Positions 8,736-17,801 of a DNA stretch of 64,000 bases are shown here, in pieces (position 1 is the first letter of the stretch; every line of letters begins with the position of its first letter). A program made the translations under genes and the position numbers. The stretch comes from Minisyncoccota bacterium. Its GTDB lineage: Bacteria; Patescibacteriota; Minisyncoccia; Phycocordibacterales; UBA9973. The stretch is taken from contig JBAYHR010000001.1 in the NCBI GenBank assembly GCA_041666045.1, positions 119,460-183,459 of the forward strand, read 5' to 3'. Below the pieces are notes generated by a model. That model was not told the origin of the DNA and did not search any database. It was given only the letters and a program-made list of their open reading frames with translations.

Positions 8736-8877
8736 AAGATTTTAATTTAAGTTAAACAATTATTTCAAAAATACTATTTGTTTGTATATTATACTATATT
8801 TGACTTAATGTCAACAATGATTTGTATTGAATATTTTAATAATTTAAAATCATAATGACTTGTTATAATTACAAAAT

Positions 8878-9582
8878 ATGACTGGTGAAATTAAAAAATT
8901 ACCAAAAGATAAATTCCCTCCTCAACTTTTAGAAATTCCGCAACCACCGGAGGATCTTTGGATTATAGGAGAATTGCCTAAAGAGGATTTAATTTATTTA
9001 TGCGTTGTTGGTTCTCGTAAATTTACTTCTTACGGGAAAGAAGCATGTGAAAAAATAATTGCTGGTTTAAAAGGCTACCCTATCGCAATAGTTTCTGGTT
9101 TTGCTATGGGCATAGATACGATTGCGCACAAGAAAGCGATGCAAGTCGGACTCAAGACTTTAGTATTCCCCGGCTCAGGACTTTCTGATGAAGCTATGTA
9201 TCCAAAAACAAACGTGAGATTAATTCGAGAAGTTTTAGAGAGTGGTGGATGTTTGATTTCAGAATTTGAACCAGACTTCAAAGCGACACAATGGAGTTTC
9301 CCTATGCGTAATAGGCTTATGGCTGGTATGTCAAAAGCTGTGCTTGTAATAGAAGCAGAAGAAAAATCTGGTACTCTAATAACTGCGCGACTTACAACAG
9401 AATACAATCGTGACCTGCTCGCAATTCCTGGATCTATCTTTTCTCCAAGTTCAAAAGGTACAAATAGATTGATTCGCCAAGGAGCGACTCCTGTAACTTG
9501 CTCAGAAGATGTATTAGAAGCACTTGGTTTTGAATTAGAAAAAGATGAAAGTAAACAAGTGAAACTTTTTGAAGATTTATAA
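8878..9582 (+). CDS. dprA: DNA processing protein DprA (Smf), Rossmann-like domain; terminated by an in-frame TAA
   Basis: DprA core motifs VVGSRKFTSYG, SGFAMGIDTIAH and VLVIEAEEKSGTLITA are present. Confidence 0.85.
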   Translation: MTGEIKKLPKDKFPPQLLEIPQPPEDLWIIGELPKEDLIYLCVVGSRKFTSYGKEACEKIIAGLKGYPIAIVSGFAMGIDTIAHKKAMQVGLKTLVFPGSGLSDEAMYPKTNVRLIREVLESGGCLISEFEPDFKATQWSFPMRNRLMAGMSKAVLVIEAEEKSGTLITARLTTEYNRDLLAIPGSIFSPSSKGTNRLIRQGATPVTCSEDVLEALGFELEKDESKQVKLFEDL

Positions 9583-9744
9583 CCTGAAGAAAAGAAAATA
9601 ATTGCTTTATTGAGAGAACCTCAACCTCGGGATGATTTAATTCGTGCGATGAAAATGCAAACATCTATAGCGAATTCCCTACTTTCTATAATGGAAATAA
9701 AAGGACTAATAAAAGAAGAAATGGGAGAAATAAGATTGGCATAA
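9583..9744 (+). pseudogene. dprA: DprA C-terminal winged-helix segment, in frame immediately after the TAA at 9580-9582
   Basis: The same reading frame continues as PEEKKIIALLREPQPRDDLIRAMKMQTSIANSLLSIMEIKGLIKEEMGEIRLA. This matches the DprA C-terminal winged-helix pattern (L..E..IL..L...P...D.L......S...V...L..LEL.GLV). Confidence 0.5.
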
Positions 9745-9778
9745 AAAAAGACCCCGAATTATTTAGAGGTCTTTTTAA
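9745..9778 (+). terminator. weak rho-independent terminator
   Basis: A stem AAGACC/GGTCTT with a 14-nt loop, followed by TTTTT. Confidence 0.35.
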
Positions 9779-9793
9779 TAATTATTATAATAA

Positions 9794-10099
9794 TTATGCA
9801 GATATAGGTACTAGTGTTTTTTGTATCAAGTTTTCAATTATTATATCAAAAACTATTATTTCAGTTTCAGAATGTGATTTAAAAAGAATTTTGTGATTTG
9901 TTATTACAAATTTTATAAATACTTGGTTCTTTTTGTTGTTTACATATTTAATAACTAAAGTATTTGGTTTAACCCAATATTCCTCTAAATTTTTGATTAA
10001 ATTCTCATACTTATAATCTTGTTTAATTTTTATGAAAAGATCTTTGATCTTTTTAACCATCTCATTTTCACTGAAATTAGTTGCAACAATTTTTTCCAT
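9794..10099 (-). CDS. hypothetical protein
   Basis: A 101-aa ORF with no recognisable motif. Confidence 0.4.
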   Translation of the reverse strand: MEKIVATNFSENEMVKKIKDLFIKIKQDYKYENLIKNLEEYWVKPNTLVIKYVNNKKNQVFIKFVITNHKILFKSHSETEIIVFDIIIENLIQKTLVPISA

Positions 10100-10282
10100 A
10101 ATATTTAATTTTAGGTTTGTACTTGATTCAAAATCAATAATATCATTATTAATAAAAATGTCAATTTATATACATTTTAATAAATCATATTTGCCAAAAA
10201 TTCTATTTTCGTGTAATACTGTAGCACATAACATATAACACATAGCATTTAGATAAGAAAAAATTATTATACATTTCGTGTT

Positions 10283-12544
10283 GTGTGTTATATGATACAT
10301 GCTATGAGACTACTAATCGTTGAGTCCCCTTCAAAAGCAAAGACTATTGAGAAGTATCTTGAGGGCGCGTACACAGTACGTGCTTCTGTTGGGCATATTC
10401 GTGATTTACCAAAATCAAACAAACAAGCCATAGATATAGAAGCTGGATTCGTGCCACATTATGAGATTTCTAAAGGTAAGGAAAAAATTGTACATGAACT
10501 TCAATCTCTTGGAGAAAAAGCAAATGAAATACTTTTAGCGACAGACCCCGACCGTGAAGGAGAAGCTATTGCTTGGCATATAGAAGAATTATTGAAAGAA
10601 GATAAAAAAATTAAAGCTCCTGTGAAGCGTGTAACATTTCATGAAATTACTAAAGACGCTGTTGAAGAAGCATTGAAGCATCCTAGAGATATAGATACAC
10701 CACTACGACGCGCTCAAGAAGCTCGTAGAGTTCTTGATAGACTTGTAGGTTATGATCTTTCAGGATTAATTTGGAAAAAAGTTCGTTATGGACTTTCTGC
10801 GGGACGTGTTCAATCCCCTGCGCTTCGCATAATAATGGAACGTGAAAGAGAAATTCGAGCTTTCGTACCGGAAAAATTCTGGAGGATTTTTGGACTTTTT
10901 GAAACCTCCCACCACCCCGCTCCGACTCAAGGTCGTAGCACCCCTCCTCAGGCAGGATGGGAAAAAATTACTTTAGAATGTTCAGAAGAACCTCGTGATA
11001 AAAATTTAGTAGATAAAATTCTTCATGATGGAAAAAATGGAACTTGGAAAGTTAAAGGAGTTAAAGAATCTGAACAAAAAAGATCTCCTCGTGCACCGTT
11101 CACAACTTCAACATTACAACAAACAGCAAGTTCACGTTTGGGATATTCTCCTTCTCGTACAATGCAAATAGCTCAAAAACTTTATGAAGCTGGGCATATC
11201 ACATATATGAGAACGGATAGTACAAATCTATCAAAAGTTGCTCAAGCGCAAATACTTTCTTTAATTGATAAAGAATACGGCACAGAATATTCAGAAGCCA
11301 GAATATATAAAACTAAATCAAAGAATGCTCAAGAAGCACACGAAGCTATTCGTCCTACGCATGTAGAAAATTTCGAAGCTGGGACAGATGAGCAAACAAG
11401 ACTTTATAGACTTATTTGGGAACGCACAGTGTCTTCTCAAATGACTGATGCGAAGTTGTTAAAAACAAAAATTTCTGGAGTTATTGAAGGACATGAAGAA
11501 TATCCAGATTTTGTGGCAAATGGTTCAAGACTTCTTTTCCCTGGATGGCTCAAAGTTGACGCTGACGCTCGTGGAGAAGATGTGGAACTTCCAGAAGTTA
11601 AAGAAGGAGAAAAATTAAAATTGATTGATCTAACTAGTGAAGAAAAATTTACAGAACCACCAAATAGATATTCTGAAGCAGGACTCGTGAAAGAACTTGA
11701 AGCTCGCGGAATAGGCAGACCTTCAACTTATGCTTCAATAATGAAGACTATCGAAGAGCGAGGTTATGTAAACAAAGAAGGGAGAACTTTATTCCCTACT
11801 GATGTGGGTGAAGTTGTTTCTGATTTTCTTGAAAAGAATTTTGCAAATTATATTTCAGATACATTCACTGCTGAAATGGAAGATGAACTCGATGAAATTT
11901 CTCGCGGTGAAAGAGAATATGAAAAAACATTAAAAGATTTTTATATTCCTTTTTCAAAAGAAGTTAAATCAAAAGAAAAATTAGAAAAAGCTACAAATCT
12001 AGGAGAAGCACCTGAGAATATAAAATGTCCTAAATGTGGAAGTTCTATGATAATAAAACTTTCTAAAAATGGTAAATTCTATTCATGTTCTCGATATCCT
12101 GATTGTGACGGAGCATTGAAACTTGATGGTATAGAAATGGCTGGACCGAAAGAAACTGGTGAAGCTTGTCCTCTTTGTGGAGAAAAGAAAGGAGGAAAAT
12201 TAGTTGTGCGTGAGGGAAAATTTGGATCTTTTATATCTTGTTCTCGTTATCCAAAATGTAAATTCATTAAAAAAGATGAAGCAGAAGAAGCTAAAAAAAG
12301 AACTGGTGTTAAATGTCCAGAATGTAAAACTGGTGAAATTAGTGAACGTCGTGGTAGATTTGGAATATTCTATTCTTGTTCAAATTATCCAGATTGTAAA
12401 TTTAATATGAAATCTAAACCCACAGGAAGAATTTGTAATCTTTGTGGATCTTTAATGATGGAAGGCACAAAAACGATACCAGAGCGTTGTTCAAATAAAA
12501 CTTGTCCTAATCACAATCCTCATAAATTAAATAAAATGGAATAA
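10283..12544 (+). CDS. topA: DNA topoisomerase I with multiple C-terminal zinc-ribbon repeats
   Basis: A TOPRIM N-terminus (LLIVESPSKAKTI), the active-site region and repeated C-x2-C...C-x2-C zinc ribbons are present. The ORF begins at GTG 10283; an alternative ATG lies at 10304. Confidence 0.95.
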   Translation: MCYMIHAMRLLIVESPSKAKTIEKYLEGAYTVRASVGHIRDLPKSNKQAIDIEAGFVPHYEISKGKEKIVHELQSLGEKANEILLATDPDREGEAIAWHIEELLKEDKKIKAPVKRVTFHEITKDAVEEALKHPRDIDTPLRRAQEARRVLDRLVGYDLSGLIWKKVRYGLSAGRVQSPALRIIMEREREIRAFVPEKFWRIFGLFETSHHPAPTQGRSTPPQAGWEKITLECSEEPRDKNLVDKILHDGKNGTWKVKGVKESEQKRSPRAPFTTSTLQQTASSRLGYSPSRTMQIAQKLYEAGHITYMRTDSTNLSKVAQAQILSLIDKEYGTEYSEARIYKTKSKNAQEAHEAIRPTHVENFEAGTDEQTRLYRLIWERTVSSQMTDAKLLKTKISGVIEGHEEYPDFVANGSRLLFPGWLKVDADARGEDVELPEVKEGEKLKLIDLTSEEKFTEPPNRYSEAGLVKELEARGIGRPSTYASIMKTIEERGYVNKEGRTLFPTDVGEVVSDFLEKNFANYISDTFTAEMEDELDEISRGEREYEKTLKDFYIPFSKEVKSKEKLEKATNLGEAPENIKCPKCGSSMIIKLSKNGKFYSCSRYPDCDGALKLDGIEMAGPKETGEACPLCGEKKGGKLVVREGKFGSFISCSRYPKCKFIKKDEAEEAKKRTGVKCPECKTGEISERRGRFGIFYSCSNYPDCKFNMKSKPTGRICNLCGSLMMEGTKTIPERCSNKTCPNHNPHKLNKME

Positions 12545-12576
12545 AAAAACTGAAAGTGTAAACTCTCAGTTTTTAA
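12545..12576. terminator. bidirectional terminator shared by topA and the minus-strand lipoprotein gene
   Basis: A stem AAACTGA/TCAGTTT with an inner extension, flanked by A and T runs. Confidence 0.55.
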
Positions 12577-12591
12577 ATTATTTTTTCATTT

Positions 12592-13152
12592 TTATCTTTT
12601 AATCAATGCATCAATTTTGTTTGAAACTTTATTGAGTTTCAGATTAAGTGATTTGTTTGATTTCCTTAATTCTTTAATTTCTTTATTTTGTTTCTTTAAT
12701 TCTCTTAAGATATTAACAGAGATAGGGTCTTCAACTGGCTCAGTTATAACCATTAAGTATAGTTGTTTACTATAATATATTCCACTATCTTTTTCTATTG
12801 TTTCATAAACTCCTACTATTGAATAGTTAACTACCTTAACTTTTTTTTGTTTTTCAAACTCATTCAAAATTAAATTTATCTTTATAAGATATTTATCTGA
12901 AGATACATATGGAATACCATACGTTCCTTCGCTGCTGTGCCAGTAATTTTCCATCCCAGTAGGAATTTTACTAAAATTTCCGTTAGTTTCTACGCCAGAA
13001 AGATCAATTATAATTTTTCCAGCTTTATCTGTTTTTAGTAATTCTTCTTCGTTTTGTTCCTGTAATTCTTGTACTGTTGGACCACAACTTTGAAGAAACA
13101 CTACACTACAAATACTTATTACGAGTATTTGTAAAAAATTAATTTTTTTCAT
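12592..13152 (-). CDS. hypothetical lipoprotein
   Basis: A signal peptide with a lipobox-like LQSC, then a 186-aa body. Confidence 0.5.
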   Translation of the reverse strand: MKKINFLQILVISICSVVFLQSCGPTVQELQEQNEEELLKTDKAGKIIIDLSGVETNGNFSKIPTGMENYWHSSEGTYGIPYVSSDKYLIKINLILNEFEKQKKVKVVNYSIVGVYETIEKDSGIYYSKQLYLMVITEPVEDPISVNILRELKKQNKEIKELRKSNKSLNLKLNKVSNKIDALIKR

Positions 13153-13296
13153 AAGTATTAAATTTTTAAAGAACCAAATGGTTCTGGTTTTGAAACTTAA
13201 AAATCATAAAATTTCTGTAAATTCTAGTTAGAGTTTACTATATATTACCTATCTTGTCAATTAAACAAAAAAATAAAGTCAACAAATATTTTTAAA

Positions 13297-13306
13297 GTGC
13301 TATAAT
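13297..13306 (+). promoter_or_regulatory. extended -10 promoter element (TGcTATAAT) for rel
   Basis: TGCTATAAT lies about 80 bp upstream of the rel ATG. The short hairpin TCCCGTA-13 nt-TACGGGA (13318-13344) follows in the leader. Confidence 0.4.
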
Positions 13307-13384
13307 GTTTTTACTTGTCCCGTACTAAATTTTTGATTACGGGATATAAAGATAAATTATTATTAATAAAATTTTAGTACTGGG

Positions 13385-14854
13385 ATGGCGAATGTTAAAG
13401 AAATCTTTGATTTAATTGAAGGTGAAATAAATAAAAAAGACGAAGAACTCATTCAAAAAGCGGCGGATTTTGCTGAAAAAGCTCATGGAGATCAAAAAAG
13501 AATGAGTGGTGAACCTTATTTTGTTCACGTTTTTGAGACTGCAAAAATTTTAGCTACTTTAGGAATGGACGCGACGACAATATCAGCAGGGCTTTTGCAT
13601 GACGTATTAGAAGATACTGAAACAAAAAAAGAAGAATTAATAAAAGAATTCGGGGAAGATATTGTTTTTCTTGTTAATGGAGTTACAAAATTAGGAACTT
13701 TGAAATACAGAGGTCATGAAAGACACGTAGAAAGTTTAAGAAAATTTTTTATTGCAATGGCAAATGATCTCCGTGTTGTTATTATTAAATTTGCTGATAG
13801 ATTACACAACTTAAATACCTTACAACACATTCGAGAAGATAAAAGAAAAAGAATAGCGCTCGAATCTATTGAAGTTTATGCTCCCCTTGCAAATAGACTC
13901 GGAATGGGAAAATTGAAAGGTCAAATAGAAGATGCTGCTTTTCCTTATGTTTATCCTAAAGAATACGCATTCATAGAAGAATTAATAAAAGAAAAAGAAG
14001 AACTATATAAGAAATATTTAACTGAAGTAAAAGAAGAACTTGAAAAAGAGCTAGAAAAAAATAAAGTAATTTTTATAAAAATAGATTATAGAATTAAATA
14101 TAAATACAGTCTTTACAAAAAATTATTGAATTACGATATGGATATGAGTAAAGTCCATGACATAGTAGCTTTACGCGTAGTGGTAAAAAATGTTGAAGAT
14201 TGTTATCGAGTACTTGGAATAGTGCATTCAATATGGAGACCATTACCAGGTAGAATTAAAGATTATATCGCTGTTCCAAAACCAAATGGATATAGAAGCT
14301 TGCATACTACTATTTTCACTGGCTCAGGTGGTATTGCTGAAATTCAAATAAGAACAGAAGAAATGCATAAAGAAGCGGCTTATGGTATCGCTGCGCATTT
14401 TGCATACAAAGAAAATAAAGGTAAAAAAATTAATGATGATAAATCAAAATTTGAATGGCTTGATGAATTGAAAGATTTAAAAAATGTTGAAGGTAAGCCA
14501 GAAAAATTTATTGAGCATTTAAAAACAGATTTTTTTAATGACAGAATATTTATTTTTACACCTAAGGGTGACGTTGTAGATTTACCAAAAGACTCAAGTC
14601 CTATTGATTTCGCTTATGCTATTCATACCGATGTTGGCAATCATATAATAAGCGCAAAAGTAAATGGCAAAATGTCTCAAATTTTTGCTAAATTAAAAAA
14701 TGCAGACATTGTCGAAATAATAAAGAAAAAAGACGCACATCCTTCTGGAAAATGGTTAGACTATACAAAAACAACCAATGCTAAAAAGCACATTAAGGCT
14801 TATTTAGAAAAAAATAGTTTACTTGCTAAACTTAAATCCTTTGGTCGTTCCTAA
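13385..14854 (+). CDS. rel: Rel/SpoT-family (p)ppGpp synthetase/hydrolase, short form with HD, synthetase and TGS domains and no ACT domain
   Basis: An HD motif HDVLEDT, a synthetase-domain region (DIVALRVVV, RSLHTTI) and a TGS-like segment are present. At 489 aa it is shorter than canonical Rel, which is about 740 aa. Confidence 0.8.
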   Translation: MANVKEIFDLIEGEINKKDEELIQKAADFAEKAHGDQKRMSGEPYFVHVFETAKILATLGMDATTISAGLLHDVLEDTETKKEELIKEFGEDIVFLVNGVTKLGTLKYRGHERHVESLRKFFIAMANDLRVVIIKFADRLHNLNTLQHIREDKRKRIALESIEVYAPLANRLGMGKLKGQIEDAAFPYVYPKEYAFIEELIKEKEELYKKYLTEVKEELEKELEKNKVIFIKIDYRIKYKYSLYKKLLNYDMDMSKVHDIVALRVVVKNVEDCYRVLGIVHSIWRPLPGRIKDYIAVPKPNGYRSLHTTIFTGSGGIAEIQIRTEEMHKEAAYGIAAHFAYKENKGKKINDDKSKFEWLDELKDLKNVEGKPEKFIEHLKTDFFNDRIFIFTPKGDVVDLPKDSSPIDFAYAIHTDVGNHIISAKVNGKMSQIFAKLKNADIVEIIKKKDAHPSGKWLDYTKTTNAKKHIKAYLEKNSLLAKLKSFGRS

Positions 14855-15861
14855 ATACTGAAATTAGAAATATTATAAAGTTCGTCTTCGTCTTTTTTGA
14901 TTTCTTCTCCTGTTCTATCGTCTACTGGTGCTTCATCTGTTTTTATTTCTTTATTTTCATTTAAAATCTCCCCGTCTGTTTTAAGAGTATTTTGCGCGAT
15001 ATAATTTTCCAACATTTCAGCTGGTTTTTTTTCAATATTAGACTTATTTATCAAATCTAATATCGCACGAAGATCTTCTGTTGAAAAGAAATCAATTTTT
15101 ATTTGTCCTCCTAATTCCTTTCTGTCTATATGCACGCGAGTACCAAGTTTATCTTGAAATTCTTCTTCAAGCTCAATGATTTCAGGATCTGGCATAAACT
15201 CTTTTTTACGAACACGATCAAATGCAATTTTTCTTGCTAATCTTTCTGCTTCACGGACTGTGATTTTCTTATATACGATTTCTTTAAATAAAACTAATTG
15301 TTCTTCTGGATGATCTGCTAGCATTAATATTGGTCTTGTATGTCCTTCTGTAATTTTTCCTTCTGAAAGAGCTTGTAAAATTTCTTCAGATAAAGAAAGA
15401 ATACGTAATGTATTTGAAACATATTCTCTACTTCGTCCCATTTTCTTTGCAATTTCGTTGTGAGTGAATTTAAATTCATTTGCTAATTGGAAAAATGCTC
15501 TTGCGCGATCTACAACATTCAGATCTTCTCTTTGTAAGTTCTCAATAATTGCAAGCTCAAGCTTCATCATTGAACTATCACCTTCGCGAATAATTGCTGG
15601 TACTTGAGAAACTCGAGCTATCATCGCTGCGCGAAGTCTGCGTTCTCCTGCAATAAGTTCGTATTCTGTCACAAGTCCGCCGTCTTCTTTTTCTTTTTCA
15701 ACACGAGAAACAATTAAAGGTTGAAGTACACCATATTGCTTTATTGAATCAGCTAAATCAGAAAGACGAGCTTCGTCAAATTCTCGCCTTGGTTGATATG
15801 GATTTGGTTTGATTTTATCTGTATCAATCCAAAAAATTGAGTTGGAATATATATTGGACAT
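14851..15861 (-). CDS. parB: ParB/Spo0J-like partition protein
   Basis: The ParB box GVLQPLIVS....YELIAGERRLRAA and an HTH region are present. No parA gene is adjacent in this window. Confidence 0.85.
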   Translation of the reverse strand: MSNIYSNSIFWIDTDKIKPNPYQPRREFDEARLSDLADSIKQYGVLQPLIVSRVEKEKEDGGLVTEYELIAGERRLRAAMIARVSQVPAIIREGDSSMMKLELAIIENLQREDLNVVDRARAFFQLANEFKFTHNEIAKKMGRSREYVSNTLRILSLSEEILQALSEGKITEGHTRPILMLADHPEEQLVLFKEIVYKKITVREAERLARKIAFDRVRKKEFMPDPEIIELEEEFQDKLGTRVHIDRKELGGQIKIDFFSTEDLRAILDLINKSNIEKKPAEMLENYIAQNTLKTDGEILNENKEIKTDEAPVDDRTGEEIKKDEDELYNISNFSI

Positions 15862-15935
15862 TTCTGTATTTTAGCATAAAAATTTTATTTTCAAAAATTG
15901 ATTTTATGTTGTTTTTTGTGTAAAATGTGTGAATT

Positions 15936-16019
15936 GCCCAGGTGGCGGAATTGGTAGACGCGATAGACTCAAAATCTATTGATGGCAACATCATGAGAGT
16001 TCGATTCTCTCCCTGGGCA
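15936..16019 (+). tRNA. tRNA-Leu (anticodon CAA), long variable arm
   Basis: Acceptor GCCCAGG/CCTGGGC, anticodon loop CTCAAAA, a long variable arm, T-loop TTCGATT and discriminator A. Confidence 0.85.
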
Positions 16020-16025
16020 CGTTTT

Positions 16026-17354
16026 ATGGCAAAAAAAGAAATAAAAAGTAAAGTATTAGATTTCAAAATCGTAGGAGGAAAGAAACTTCACGGTTCTATT
16101 TCTACAAGTTTTTCTAAAAATGGATCAGTTGGACTTCTTTGCGCTTCCCTATTAAATAAAGGAATTACTACCCTTCATGGTATTGCTCGCATAGAAGAAG
16201 TTTACAGAGTTATTGAAATTATAGAAAGTATTGGAGTAAAAATAGAATGGATTGCGCAAAATTCAATTAAAATTACTCCACCCAAAAATATAAATTTAAA
16301 AAATATAAATGTGGATTCAGCAGTAAAAACTCGTTCAATAATAATGTTTATGGGACCGCTTGCTCACCTTTTGCCTAAATTTTCCTTACCACATGCTCAA
16401 GGTTGCAAGCTCGGAAAAAGAACTATAAGTGCTCATATTTATGCTTTTGAAGAATTTGGTTTAAAAATTAAAACAACTTGCGAAAGTTATGATGTATTTG
16501 TTCCAAAACTAAAACCATCAGATATTGTAATGTATGAATCTGGTGATACTGCTTGTGAAAATGCAATAATGCTTGCATCAAAAATAAATGGCAGAACCAC
16601 AATAGAATGCGCTAGTGGAAATTATATGGTGCAAGAAATGTGTTTCTTTTTACAAACTCTTGGAGTAAAAATACAAGGTATTGGCACTGGAACTTTAATA
16701 ATTGATGGAATAAAAGATATAAATAAAAATGTTGAATATTCAAATAGTGAGGATCCTATTGAATCAATGATGTTTATTTCTTCTGCAATCGCTACCGACT
16801 CACATTTAATAATCAAAAGATGTCCGATAGATTTTTTAACTCTTGAATTATATAAATTAAAAAAAATGGGTTTGAAATATAAAACTCTTAAAAAATATCT
16901 TTCCTATAATAACAAAACAAAATTAGTTGATATAGAAATTTTTCCAAGCAAATTAAAAGCTCCCGAAGATAAATTACACGCCAATCCGTATCCTGGAATA
17001 AATATAGATAATCTTCCATTTTTTGTGCCAATAGCAGTAAAAGCAAAAGGCACTACTCTTATTCACGATTGGTTTTATGAAAATAGAGCAATTTATTTTA
17101 CAGAATTAAATAGATTGGGAGCAAATATAACATTGGCCGATCCGCATAGAGTTTATATTACTGGTGGGACGCATTTAAAAGCTGCACAAGTAGTTTGTCC
17201 TCCTGCACTTCGCCCATCTGTAATTATTCTTATTTCTATGCTTGCCGCCGAAGGAACTTCCATATTGAGAAATGTTTATATGATAAATCGTGGCTATGAA
17301 GATATTGTAAAACGCCTAAACTCCATAGGAGCTGATATAAAAATATTGAAATAA
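16026..17354 (+). CDS. murA: UDP-N-acetylglucosamine 1-carboxyvinyltransferase (EPSP-synthase fold)
   Basis: The N-terminus KIVGGKKLHGSISTSFSKNGSVGLLCASLL is MurA-like. The start was moved to the ATG at 16026, because the tracked ORF at 15942 overlaps tRNA-Leu. Confidence 0.75.
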   Translation: MAKKEIKSKVLDFKIVGGKKLHGSISTSFSKNGSVGLLCASLLNKGITTLHGIARIEEVYRVIEIIESIGVKIEWIAQNSIKITPPKNINLKNINVDSAVKTRSIIMFMGPLAHLLPKFSLPHAQGCKLGKRTISAHIYAFEEFGLKIKTTCESYDVFVPKLKPSDIVMYESGDTACENAIMLASKINGRTTIECASGNYMVQEMCFFLQTLGVKIQGIGTGTLIIDGIKDINKNVEYSNSEDPIESMMFISSAIATDSHLIIKRCPIDFLTLELYKLKKMGLKYKTLKKYLSYNNKTKLVDIEIFPSKLKAPEDKLHANPYPGINIDNLPFFVPIAVKAKGTTLIHDWFYENRAIYFTELNRLGANITLADPHRVYITGGTHLKAAQVVCPPALRPSVIILISMLAAEGTSILRNVYMINRGYEDIVKRLNSIGADIKILK

Positions 17355-17361
17355 ACTTTTT

Positions 17362-17733
17362 TTATTTCTTTAACGAGTAAGTTAAAGTCTTAATTTTGTT
17401 TAAAATTTCTAATTTATCTACACTATTATTTTTTTCTAGTAAAGCAGAATTGTATTCGTCTATCAACTTATCTATTTTTGTGATAGTTTCTTTATTACTT
17501 TTTTCCATTATTAGTTCATACATATTCGGCCAAGCAGTTTTCATGTAAACATCATAGTGATCGATTGGACCTAGAGACATAAGCATTTTTTCATCTTTTA
17601 TCATACTTATATTCATTGAATAAGCATTTGTGAAATCCGGACTTATATTAGTGTGACCATTGCTAGTTTTAAAATGTTCGTCTAGTACTTTTTGTTCTTT
17701 TAGTGATATTGGTTTTTTATTCTCCATTCCCAT
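17362..17733 (-). CDS. hypothetical protein
   Basis: A 123-aa ORF. Confidence 0.4.
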   Translation of the reverse strand: MGMENKKPISLKEQKVLDEHFKTSNGHTNISPDFTNAYSMNISMIKDEKMLMSLGPIDHYDVYMKTAWPNMYELIMEKSNKETITKIDKLIDEYNSALLEKNNSVDKLEILNKIKTLTYSLKK

Positions 17734-17801
17734 ATTTTTATATTCTTAATTTATGATAAAATCTTTACTAATCGACTTATTGGTTTGATTATAGCTTAAA
17801 T

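Noticed and set aside
8794-8808. TTGAC-N5-GTCAA upstream of dprA as a third member of the family-1 palindrome (TTGAC-N2-GTCAA)
   Set aside because: The spacing differs and there is no flanking similarity to the 85-bp module. It is most likely overlapping divergent -35-like hexamers by chance.
15942-16025. The tracked ORF start at 15942 for murA
   Set aside because: This N-terminal extension overlaps tRNA-Leu (15936-16019) and reads through the tRNA sequence. The real start is the ATG at 16026.
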